This document shows positions 25,305 to 36,359 of a stretch of 64,000 nucleotides of DNA, piece after piece. The DNA is from Camelus dromedarius. Its lineage: Eukaryota. The stretch spans positions 109,618,001 to 109,682,000 of the forward strand of contig NC_087437.1 in the NCBI RefSeq assembly GCF_036321535.1, written 5' to 3'. The notes beneath the pieces were generated by a model. It worked only from the letters and a program-made list of their open reading frames with translations. It ran no database searches and was not told the origin of the DNA. Numbering within the stretch: the first letter of the stretch is position 1; the number at the start of each line of letters is the position of its first letter. A program made the translations under genes and the position numbers.

Positions 25305-25733
25305 TTTTGTTTTAATTGAAGTCTAGTCAGTTTATACTGTTGTGTCAATTTCTGGTGTACAGCGTAGTGTTTCAGTCATACATACACATACATATATTCA
25401 TTTTCATATTCTTTTTCATTATGGGTTACTACAGATATTGAATTGGTTCCCTGTGCTATACAGTATAAACTTGTTGTTTATCTGTTTTACATGTAGTAGT
25501 TAGTATCTGCCAATCTCAATCTCCCAATTTATCCCTTCCCAATCCCTTTCCCCCTGGTAACCATAGTTTGTTTTCTGTGTCTGTAAATCTGTTTCTGTTT
25601 TGTAAATATTTTCATTTGTGTCTTTTTTTTTTAAGGTTCCACATGCGAGTGATATCATATGACATTTTTCTTTCTCTTTCTGGCTTACTTCACTTAGAAT
25701 GAGGATATCTATGTCCATTCATGTTGCTGCAAA
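25305..25733 (-). mobile_element. LINE-1 3' end
   Basis: Peptide [18 protein letters not shown] and L1 3'UTR; near-identical inverted partner at 27085-27515. Confidence 0.95.
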
Positions 25734-26627
25734 GAAGCACAGTATTTTTAATTTTGATGAAATTTTTTTTAATTAAGATATAGCTTATTTATAATGTTAT
25801 ATTACTTTAAAGTGTACAACATAGTGATTCAAAATCTGTTAGAACTTTTTGTGACTTGTATTCAGTATATGTACTCAAACTTTACATCCAGCTAGTAGAA
25901 GACGGGTTTTATGCCTTCTAGCTTTCTTCTTCATCAGTAAAAGCATATCTTCTCTGACCCCTCATTTGCCATGTTTCCACTTGGCTGGAATCCTGTATTT
26001 TCCATAAGTTGGCAGATTTTTCACCAGAAGAGTCTTTTCTCCAGCAGAGCTCCTGGAGTTGAAATGCGAGTCCTCCACTTCAGGATGCTCTAAACCAGAG
26101 TAATGGGGCCCCCTGGAAATGAGTTTTCTTTCCCATCACAATTATCAAAAGAAGAAGCGAGGTGTTCAGGGCCACCTAGAAAGAAGCTGACCCCTGACCA
26201 TGTGTTGCAGAGAATCCCTTAATCTTTGTTGTGATATCTGTGGACCAAAATGCTCCTTTGCAGATCTCTGCCTGTGGCCCACAATGTAGCTGTCATGAAA
26301 TATCAGGAGTCACTAGGCTTCTCTATGGATTTAATTATAATTTTAGTTCTTAATATTCAAAAGAAAAGCATAGAAAAGTGTGGGGGTGACAATTCAGCAG
26401 ACCCCAAATGTTGAGATATGAGCACTGAGAATTTCTTTCTTTTTCTTGACTAAACTGTCAAATAAGACCTGTTTCCCCTTTAGCAGGACAGTGGACATAA
26501 AAAGAAACCAGTGTTAACTCTCCACCTATGCTGAAGTCCTTATTGTGAACTCAGTTTACTTTGGAAAAAAATAACTTGCTCAAAAATGTCATTACAATTA
26601 AGTAATAAGAAATATTTGAGAGTATAG

Positions 26628-26733
26628 GTGTGTGGGAGTATAGCTCAGTGGTAAAGTGTATGTTTAGCATGCATGAGGTCCTGGATTCAATCTCTGGTAC
26701 CTCCATTAAAAAAATAAAATTAAAAAGAAAAAA
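26628..26733 (+). mobile_element. tRNA-derived SINE (Vic-1-like)
   Basis: A box TAGCTCAGTGG, B box GGATTCAATC, GCATGCATGAGGTCCTGG core, A-rich tail, no tRNA acceptor stem. Confidence 0.9.
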
Positions 26734-27554
26734 CATAAATGCTGGAGAGGGTGTGGAGAACAGGGAACTCTCTTACTCTGTTGGTGGGAACATAGTTTGG
26801 TGCAGCCATTATGGAAAACAGTGTGGAGATTCCTTAAAAAATGAAAAATAGACTTACTATACAATCCAGCAATCCCACTCCTGGGCATATATCCAGAGGG
26901 AACTCTAATTCGACAAGATACATGCACCCAAATGTTCATAGCAGCACTACTTACTTGGTTGTACCAAGACATGAAAACAGCCTAAATGTCCATCAACAGA
27001 TCAACAGATGATTGGATAAAGAAGTTGTGGTACATTTATACAATGGAATAATACTCAGCCACTAAGAAGAATAAAATAATGCCATTTGTAGCAACATGGG
27101 TAGATCTGGAGATTGTTGTTCTAAGTGAAGTTAAGCCAGAAAGAGAAAGAAAAATGTCATATGATATCACACACATGTGGAATCTTAAAATAAAAAAAAA
27201 AAGGAGACACAAATAAATCTATTTACAAAACAGAAAAAGACTTACAGACATAGAAAATAAACTTATGGTTACCAGGGGGAAAGGGATTGGGAAGGGATAA
27301 GTTGGGAGTCCGAGACTTGCAGATACTAACTACTATATGTAAAATAGATAAACAACAAGTTTATACTGTATAGCACAGGGAACTATATTCAATATCTTGT
27401 AGTAACCTGTAATGAAAAAGAATATGAAAATGCATATATGTATGTGTATGTATGACTGAAACATACTGTACACCAGAACTTGACACATTATAAACTGACT
27501 AGACTTCAATTTTAAAAAATCAACAACAACAACAAAGAAAAAAAGTTTAAAAAA
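26734..27554 (+). mobile_element. LINE-1 3' end joined directly to the SINE tail
   Basis: AAATGCTGGAGAGGGTGTGGAG ORF2 C-terminal region through the 3'UTR and an A/CAA-rich tail. Confidence 0.95.
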
Positions 27555-29769
27555 AAGAAATATTTAAGGGCTTAAAGGCCATTATTAAAAACCAAATAGA
27601 TCAACTTAACTGAAAACTTATCTATGCAATTAAAAGATAAAATATGAAAAAATTAAGCATTCAAAGTATAATTTTTTATGTTTAAACTGATGTTTGAAAG
27701 CATCAAGTTTCTAAATTTTTTCTAAATTATTATTACATTTTTTTTCTAAATGTATTGAGCTATGATGGAAAATATGGACCCAGAAATTTAAAATGACTTG
27801 ATGGTTTTCTGAGAACTGACTTCAGAAAGGAGAGAAGCACAACTTGAAAGCAAACAGCTTCAAGCTCGTCGATTCCTTAACACATCAAAGTTAGAGTCTT
27901 CCTTTTATGCAGGACTTTAACCTAAGATCTTTTCCAAGAATCTGTGGTCAGCAGGGGTGGGGGAGATTTGTAACACTCCAGGTTTGTGTGACTTTATGAC
28001 ACTCAGATAAGGGAAACCTTGAAGCATTTTCAAGGGGGATGGCAGGAAAGAAAAATATTAGTCTGCTGAAATTGTTAACTATTTCTCTAACCAGCAGCAG
28101 ACGTGATGTACAGCTGTGTCTGCTGTGAGGACTGCTTTGTTCTCTGCATCACCTAGTCTCCCTCTTAGGTACTGGTACTTTCAGAATGAAAACACACCCT
28201 GCTACTTTCCAGGTGCAGGAAAACAAGCACCCCAGGACTCTGCCTGCCACAGACACCTTCCTGATTGCTCATTCACCCCTCCTTCACAGATGAAGTCAAA
28301 ATTCTCGGGAAAACATCTAACACATATGGATGGACTGTATGTTATTTATGCTAATCAGGCAAACAAAGCAATGTGTGCCAGGGGCCATTGAATTAAGCTG
28401 TGTGCATTCTTAACTTCCATTTCGCAAAGGCTTTTTGCTCACATTGCTTTTATTTTCTTTCCAAATATGAGAGGTCTAATTCTCAAGGGCCTGGCTCAGT
28501 ATATGTACTGTATTTGCCTTGCTCCAAATGGATGCAGACTTTCTTCCATTGATAGCAAATTCATCTATTAAGACTGATACGCAGAACGCTCATGGTCGGT
28601 AAAGATGTGTTGCTTCTTAACATCCTAAGTGAAGGACCATAAATTAACAGTCTGCTTTTCTGTTATAAATGATCTGTATTGAGGGCTACAGAGTCCTAAT
28701 ACTTCATATATTTTCCCTATAATATAATAATATAAATGAAGAGAACACGTATGCCTTAATCTAAACAGGTATAGCTGTTTATTGACGAGGTACCCAGGAG
28801 CGCGATTCTCACAGTTTGTTTTAAAGAAAAAGAATGTCAATAATTATTAATTTTGCCAGAACTTCCTTTCCTATTGCTAAGATCTGACTTAGAGAGCAGG
28901 AGATGGAGGGTGGGGTGGGGATGCTGTATTTGGATAGTTTGCAAGTATGGAGACAGTGCTGGGTTTTGGTAATTCAGGAAAAACTGATTGTCAACTTGCA
29001 TGAAGAGCCACAGAGAAGACCAAGAGGTACCTTGACGTTGTTTCAGAAGAGTGTGGGTTTTGGTCAAAGATTGTGAGAGTTGCAGATAATTCTCCTCTCC
29101 CCTCATTAGAACAGCGATGAGAGAAATTTCATCAGGAAAGATAAGATCAAGCAGCTTGCTCCAGTCGTGCCATCCCTTGTCCTTAGAGAAAATCTTTTAG
29201 CTTCTTTGACCCCAGGCGTTTTGCAGTTTTCTGCACAGAACCACCGAAGGAAAAGCTTTCCTTGGCTTTTTAGTTCCTTACTATTTCTAAGATCAGTAAG
29301 TTAATTAAAAATACTCAAAATTACATAGACCTCATGTATCTTTTTAGAAAGATACAAATAATTGGAAGCAAAGAATAGTTACCAGTAGTTGGTTCCTTTA
29401 ATTGCTCATAAAATACGATTTATGAAATTTTCTCATCAATTGATCTTGGGGTGAAATTAAACCTGGAAACTTGATACCTAAGTGGAGAACACATAATATT
29501 TATCCAATTCTTGCTAAAAGCATCTTTACAGTTGATCAAAGATTTTTGTTTGTTCCAGGTATCTGACTAAACACACAAAAAAATCTATTTTCCATGGATG
29601 AAAGAAAATTTGGATTTACCAAAAATACAAGCAATAGAACTTCTTTCTAATATATTTTATTATTTCCAGGATTTAGATACATCAAATAATAATAATAAAA
29701 TATTAATATTAATGGTTATTTAAGAATCATAGATGTATCAATAATAATAATAAATTATTGTCATCATTA

Positions 29770-30010
29770 AAATGTAGTACTTAACTATGTTCCAAGCACT
29801 ATTTCAGATGTTTTGTATATACTTTATTAATTTAGTTAATCTTCACAATAACTCAGTGAGGTTGATATCATAATCTCCACTTTACAGATAAGGAAACTGA
29901 AACATAGATACATAAAGTAATACGCCCAAGATCACACAGTTATTAAATATTAGAGCCTGAGTTTGAACCCAGACAGTCTAATTCCTGAGTCTAAGTTCTT
30001 GATCATGACA
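29770..30010 (-). mobile_element. MIR
   Basis: TTTACAGATAAGGAAACTGAAAC...CCCAAGATCACACAG...TTTGAACCCAGACAGTCT. Confidence 0.9.
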
Positions 30011-30169
30011 TTGTTACTGCATCCTTCTGGGTTTGTTTTGCTTTGTTTTGTTTTGTTTGGTTTGGTTTGGTTACTTACCAATGCATATCCTGATAAACTC
30101 TAGCCTGGATTTTAAAAGATTTCGTCTATAGTCAACCTCTTTTAGTATCATAATCCATTGTTGGGTTCA

Positions 30170-30990
30170 CTGAAATACAAATCAAAACCACAGTGACATA
30201 TCACCTCATACCTGTTAGGATGGCTATTATAAAAAAGACTATAAATAACAAATGCTGGTGAGGATGTGGAGAAAAGGGAACACTTGTGCACTGTTGGTAG
30301 GAATGTAAATTAGTGCAGCCACTTTGGAAAACATTATGACGCTTTCTCAAAAAGTTTTAAACAGAGCTAACATATAATCCAGCAATTCCACTTAGGGGTA
30401 TTTATCCAAACAAAGTAAAAACACTAACTTGAAAAGATATATGCATCCCCATGTTTATTGCAGCGTTATTTACAATAGCCACAATACGAATGAGATCTTG
30501 ACATTTACAACAATATGGGTGGACATTGAGGGATTATGCTAAGTGAAATTAGTCAGACAGAAAAAGACAAATATGTATGATCTCTCTTATATGTGAAATG
30601 ATATGTATATACTGTCATCCCTTAATACCCATGAGGGATTTGTTTCAGAAGCCCTGGGTATACCAAAATCCATGGATGTTCAAGTTCCATAGTAGGTGCT
30701 CTGCATCCATGAGTTCTAGTTCTGCATCCATGCATTCAACCAACCTCGGATGAAACTTTCAATCCACAGTTGATTGAATCTGATGCAAGATCTGCAACTA
30801 TGGAGAGCTGACTGCATATTTATTGAAAAAAAATCTGTGTATAAGAGGGCCAGGGCAACAAACATGTTGCTCATGGGCCCACTGCTTATGAACAAAAAAA
30901 CTGATAAATAAAACCAAAGTCACGGATATAGGGAACTGATTGGTGGTTGCCAGAGCTGGGGGGGGGGGATGGGAGAAAGAGGTAAGCTAT
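30170..30990 (+). mobile_element. L1 (L1MA-like) 3' fragment, interrupted
   Basis: GAAATACAAATCAAAACCACAGTGACATATCACCTCATACC...; 3'UTR with a G-run at 30958-30968. Confidence 0.9.
30612..30884. mobile_element. Tigger-family MITE (MER2/MER8-like) nested in the L1
   Basis: GGGATTTGTTTCAGAAGCCC...ATACCAAAATCCATGGATGTTCAAGT and TTGAAAAAAAATCTGTGTATAAG...CACTG end. Confidence 0.75.
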
Positions 30991-31298
30991 TTTTGTTTTT
31001 TAATTTAAATGAATTTATAATAAAAAGAAGTATCCACTTCCTTTTAGCTGATGTATGCGGTTGATTGAAGCAGTCACCAGGCAGCCCAGATTTAGGGGAG
31101 AGGACATAGAGTCCCTCTTGATGGAATAAGTGTAAATGAATCAAGATACTCTAAGGCTGTTTGTGGAATGCAGAAGGAAGGAGGTAACGAACTCTCTAAG
31201 TATATGCAAAATTCTGTCTATGTGAACACTTTCCTGAAGGAAATATGCATGGCTTTCATTAGTTTCTCAAAGTAAGTTGTGACTTAAAATAATAGGAA

Positions 31299-31300
<2 letters not shown>

Positions 31301-31343
<43 letters not shown>
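31301..31343. repeat. (TAA)n microsatellite, about 14 units
   Basis: Read directly from the sequence. Confidence 0.98.
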
Positions 31344-31344
<1 letters not shown>

Positions 31345-31349
31345 TCTCC

Positions 31350-31883
31350 CTTACAATGTCAAAATTCCTTATTATTCTTTCCATCAAAAGGCAAGGTCTG
31401 TTCCCTTCCCTGGAATCTGGACTAACTTGTGACTGCTTCATCCAAAAGAGTATGGCGGAAATGATACTGCATTACTTTTGAGGCTGTTGTAAATGAGGAT
31501 ACACTTCTGCCTTGTTCCTTGGAACACTCAGGCTTGGAGCCTGAGCTGCCTTGTAGGCAACCCTGTGACTGCTGTTCTGGGAGGATGCCAAGCCACTTGG
31601 AGGGGCTACTTGAAGGGGCTACAGTCAAGAGACCTAGTCATGGACTCATCCCATCACAGGCACCTGACATATGAAGAAGCCTTCAAATGGTTCCAGCCCC
31701 CAGCCATCAAGTTACCCCCAGCCTTCAATTCTTCTTGACTAATGGTCTCAGACATCACACATCCTCAGACATTAATTTCTGAATTCCTGACCCAAATAAT
31801 CCACAAGCATAATAAAATTAATAGTTTTTTAAAAATTATATCATGTGGGACTATGTTATTAGTAGAAATAAAATATGTGAACA
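31350..31883 (+). mobile_element. MLT1G/H-like MaLR LTR
   Basis: CTTGTGACTGCTT...AGAGTATGGCGGAAATGATAC...TTCCAGCCCCCAGCCATC...GAATTCCTGACCCA. Confidence 0.8.
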
Positions 31884-31884
31884 A

Positions 31885-32747
31885 AATCACAAAGAATGGG
31901 AGGATGAAATTATACAGTTAAGGTTTTAATATTATATGTGAAGTGCTACAGTATTAATTTAAGGTAGACTAGTGTTAGCAGGTGGAGGACTTCCCCTTAG
32001 AATGATGATCCCACAAAAGTTGGGTTCTAGCCTGCCAGCTGGAAAAAAAAAAAAATCACAGCTGCGGCAGAGGGACAAAGCAAAGCTGCTTTGTTTACTC
32101 AAGGGGAAAGAAAAAAGGGCAATTGAGTAGGGGAGCCATAAACTCAGGTGGCTTGATGTAAGAACTCCCCTTCGGGTCTTGGCTGGGTCTTTTTATCTGT
32201 CTCTGGAGGCTACTTGTCTTCTCTTTGAGTCTTTTTGCACTCATTCCTCCAGTCATTCTTCTCTGTGGTGGAGTGAGCACTTTGCAGAAACAAGATTAAG
32301 CAGGCAGGATCCTCAAACAATGTGTTCCTACAAGATTAAGTGCGCGAAACCCTCAAGCAATACGGTCAAACAAGGTTAAGCAGGAGTGACTTTCTGTTCC
32401 CTTAGGATAACTTTTTCCATTACTTGAGCAAACTATCTCCTCAGGCATAGGTTAAATTCAAACTTTTAAAGGATTCTCTAGGCAAGGAATCTGAGTTTTG
32501 ATTCCCTAATTCCTTGCCTCCTTCACTAGGATAGAGTGAAGATGTGTAGTGAAATCCTGAAAACAATAATTTTCTTAAAAATATTTATGAACAAAAGCTC
32601 AGGGAATGAAGAATTAATGGGATAAATGGAAAAATAGCAAGTTGGTAGACTTCAACCAACCATATCAATACACATTAAATGCAAATGGACTAAACACCCA
32701 ATTAAAGGGCAGAGATCATTGAACCGGATAAAAATACACAAGACCCA
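31885..32747 (+). mobile_element. Old L1 fragment (inter-ORF region and ORF2 start) hosting LTR insertions
   Basis: CACATTAAATGCAAATGGACTAAACACCCAATTAAAGGGCAGAGA...CAAGACCCA encodes an ORF2 N-terminus (TLNANGLNT...QDP). Confidence 0.75.
31973..32525 (-). mobile_element. Solo LTR, ERV1-like, with a 4-bp TSD
   Basis: TG...CA termini; CTAG at 31969-31972 and 32526-32529; minus-strand AGTAAA poly(A)-like and GATAAAA TATA-like signals; 40-bp repeats in U3. Confidence 0.85.
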
Positions 32748-33248
32748 TGTGCTGGGCCAACAAACGTCCTTCAGAGTCCAAAGACCCCCACTCCTGGGAT
32801 CTCAGATGTCTGACATTTTTTGCTGGGCATGTTTTCCCTAGCAAACTGATAGCCCCAGGTAATGCCTACTTTATCAGAGTCATGACCCCACCACCCTTCA
32901 CAAACCTTAAACCTCTTACCTCACCTACAACCAATCAGAGACTTGCGCAAAAACCAATTAGGCACCTTGTGACCCTACCTTAAAAATGACCCCAACAATG
33001 GGCCCTTGGTGCTCATGCAGGCGCCTCTCATCTGTCTGGCCCACTGTTACCTATAGCAGCTTAACTGTTAAACTTTTCCCTTGTCCTTCGCCCCTGGCGT
33101 TCACACAGGCACCTCTCGCCTTTGTGGCCCGCTGTTGTCAGCGTACGCTAATAAACTCCTTTCTATTCTTATACTTAATCTCTGGAAAATTCTTTTACCA
33201 ACCCACGTGTCACTGGCTCACCAGTCGGCCACCCAGTCGTGTTCCACA
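32748..33248 (+). mobile_element. Solo LTR, ERV-like
   Basis: TG start; CCAAT at 32931 and 32954; TTAAAAA at 32980; AATAAA at 33150; CA end near 33248; no clear TSD. Confidence 0.7.
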
Positions 33249-35182
33249 ATACCAAGTTTGAATTCTAGTCTGTGTTCTGGAATAAGCAGTTTAGTGATAT
33301 TTTTTGACTCTCAATTTCTTTATCTGTAATAAGAGAGAAAGCTAAATTGTCTCACAGCAAATGGGAAAGTGGGATATAAGAAGCAGCCAATTAATATATG
33401 GAATGAGCCAAAGTAAGTGTAGACATGCGAACATATTTATTATGTACACAAACATTAAAGTCAAAGTCTTGGTGAGCCCCACCCCCACATTTTTTTTCTT
33501 TTTTCTTTCTTGCAAACAGTTTTTAACACCAAGATATGCAGCCAGGGAGATTTTAATAGTGACAGATGGAAAATAACCAAAAGAGAGAAAAGATTTTCTG
33601 TAACAGCAGCAAATCTTGATTCTGGACTTTGTGGAGAAGACATCATTTTCCCAGCAAGAGCCAAAGAGGACAATAAAAATCCCCTGCTGCAGCATTCACA
33701 GGCACAGGCATATGTGGAATCAGACTCTATTCAGGGAAAGCACCGCTTCCAGCAGTGTGCATATTTGTGATGCTTGAGAAATCACAGTGTCCCCAGAAGA
33801 AGGGAAGTTGACACACTGGACTTGACCTACAACATTTAATATTTATTATTGGAGATAACTGCTTATTTAAGTCACCGCTTGCTACTTGGATAGCCAAATT
33901 CCACAGCCAGAAGACAAAGAGCTCATCTGAAATGATCAAAAATTTTGAAGAGACTCTTTGCACAGTGACAGGTTTTTTCAGAAAGAAAATTATGCCTATA
34001 ATTATTAACTTAGAAACATGCTAAAAAAAAATAGTCTTCATTTTCCAGTTACTGAATTGTTGGCAGTTTATAACAATAATTTTGGCAAGCTTTTTTTTTT
34101 TTTTAATGTTTGGCCTCCATAAATTCTAAACTATAAGAAAATTTCTTTTTTAACTATTCTTATAGAAAGCCATAAAATGCAAAAATTGGATCAGTGAGAA
34201 GAAATGTATTTTAATACTTCAATTATTTTTCTTCTACTTTCTTTTTTCTTTAAAGTCTTTATATTTTTAGTAACACTTACCTAAAAGATGACTTATGGAA
34301 TTTTTTCTTCTTGTAAAATTTTAGATAGCAAGGTGATATTCTGCGTCTAATATATCTTCATAGGGTGTGAAATGTTTCCTAAATGTCTTTTAAGATTCAT
34401 GATCTAAATGATATGAAATAAATTTAATAAATATAAAAGAAAAAAATCCTTAAAGTTTATTTTGCTTAACATTATGAATAATAGTATAATAAGCAAGTTT
34501 GTAAGACTAGAATATAAGTTTATACCTAATTTTTATTATTCTGTCTTGTATTATTATTTAAGGCTTACATACATTTGTTAAATAATACATTATTCTTAAA
34601 ACAATTCAGCTAATGTATTATTCTTTAAATTATTCAGTGAATATATTTCTCTCATTTTAATAATTATTTTATTTTTATATTTAACCATTTGAATGTTATT
34701 CATTATTATTCATTCAAACAGCTGTATTAACACAAAAAAAGTTAATTTTCCTCATGCAATAATAATCATTATACTTTATGACTAGTAGTTTTTTTTTTTT
34801 ATATTTTTCAATATAAAAAACCAGTAATGAGATATTCAGTCCAGGCTACCTAGAATGCTTACTAAACTTTGTATGAGAATTGTCAAAGATTACTAATAAA
34901 TCTAAATAAAATGCTTTTTTATGTTACTTATGCTTTTTTCTGATAAAGACTCAGTAATCACGCATGCTATAGTGGATCATTAATGACACAAAGTTCAGTT
35001 CAGGCAGGCCAGAAACAGCATTGAAACAGACGTCCAAATTGTCAAACTTCTGAAGGCTGAAGCTCAAATAAAGATGAAGAGCAGATTTTGGCCAAATCTG
35101 TGGCTGAAGTCCAGCCTTGTGCATTTCTAACGCAAAATATATTGATAAAACAAAACACTAGTGAAGGATGAACTTTGACTTA

Positions 35183-35452
35183 GTTTATTGACATGTAGTC
35201 GATCTACAATGTTGTGTTAGTCTCTGGTGTACAGCATAGTGATTCAGTTATACATATATATATTCGTTTTCATATCCTTTTTTATTATAGGCTATTACAA
35301 TATATTGAAAATAGTTCCCTGTGCTATACAGGAAGACTTTGTTATTTATCTACTTTATATACAGTAGTTAGTATCTGCAAATCCCAAACTTCCAATTTAT
35401 CCCTCCCTTGCCCTTCTCTCCCCTGGTAACCATAAGCTTGTTTCTTATGTCT
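35183..35452 (-). mobile_element. LINE-1 3'UTR fragment
   Basis: TACAATGTTGTGTTAGTCTCTGGTGTACAGCATAGTGATTCAG...CCCTGGTAACCATAAG. Confidence 0.92.
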
Positions 35453-35588
35453 TCAACCTAGTGACTAAAACCAGAATTTTTACAATATTGGTAGCTCCTG
35501 GGTCAAGACTAATCTGAATTGACTATACCTCTAGATACAGGCTTCTGTACCAGTACCTCAGATGTAAGTACCAGTAGAGTTTTTTGCC

Positions 35589-35773
35589 TTTTTTTTTTTT
35601 TTTTTGAGTTCAGGTAGATTTATTTAGAGAGATACATACTGCATAGAGTATAAGACAAGAGAAAGGCAAGGAAAGAGGTGTGGGAACTGGGTGCTCAGGT
35701 TAAAGTAAAAGTTCGTACACGCTCCATAGACGGAGTGCGGGCCGTCTCCAAAGGGGAGAGAGCGACAACGGCC
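35589..35773 (-). mobile_element. Short polyadenylated retrocopy (LTR R-region-like) with a 17-bp TSD
   Basis: T17 at 35589-35605; minus-strand AATAAA about 13 nt before the tail; TSD GAGTTTTTTGC(C/T)TTTTT at 35577-35593 and 35774-35790, followed by AA. Confidence 0.85.
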
Positions 35774-36359
35774 GAGTTTTTTGCTTTTTTAAAGTTAGTT
35801 TGAGTTAGATTTTTCTGCTACTTGCATAACCAGAATAATCATAATAGAAGGGAAGATTTTGCAAATGTAAAGCATTAGAGTAATAAAAATAATATAGGAA
35901 AGAGAGTCTCTAATTAAAGCCAACTAAGAATTTGTTCTTTAATTAAAGAGATTGTATTTATAAAGTTACAGGGACATACAAGAGAGTGTAAAGTTAAATT
36001 GACATACTGACCTGGTGGGAAAGTAGCACCTTTTCCTTAGGTGTTGGGGGATGGTAAGGGCAAAGCTGAGATTATTGATTGATTACTTGATACCAGATTT
36101 TTAAAAAAATAATTTAACTTAGATAATGACTTTATAATGTCTGAGAAGGGTTAAGGGAAATCATAAAGGAATGGTAAAATATCCCATCCGATGGCTAGAA
36201 AGAGTGAGAAACCACCATTACCCTCAGATCTGAAGGTAGGAGTAGTTAATAGAACCTTGTGAAACCTATATGCTAAAAGAGCCAAAGTTTTAGCTACAGG
36301 AATGTAGCTGCTGCCACCAAACTAAAGAAGGATCTAGGCAAATAGATCTGCCAACATGT

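Noticed and set aside
26628..26710. tRNA gene
   Set aside because: It has A and B boxes but no complete cloverleaf or acceptor stem, and has an A-rich tail and TSD, so it is a SINE. The copy at 59419-59503 is the same SINE type
32740..33255. TSD for the right-hand LTR
   Set aside because: The flanks CCCA and ATAC do not match, so the 3' boundary is uncertain
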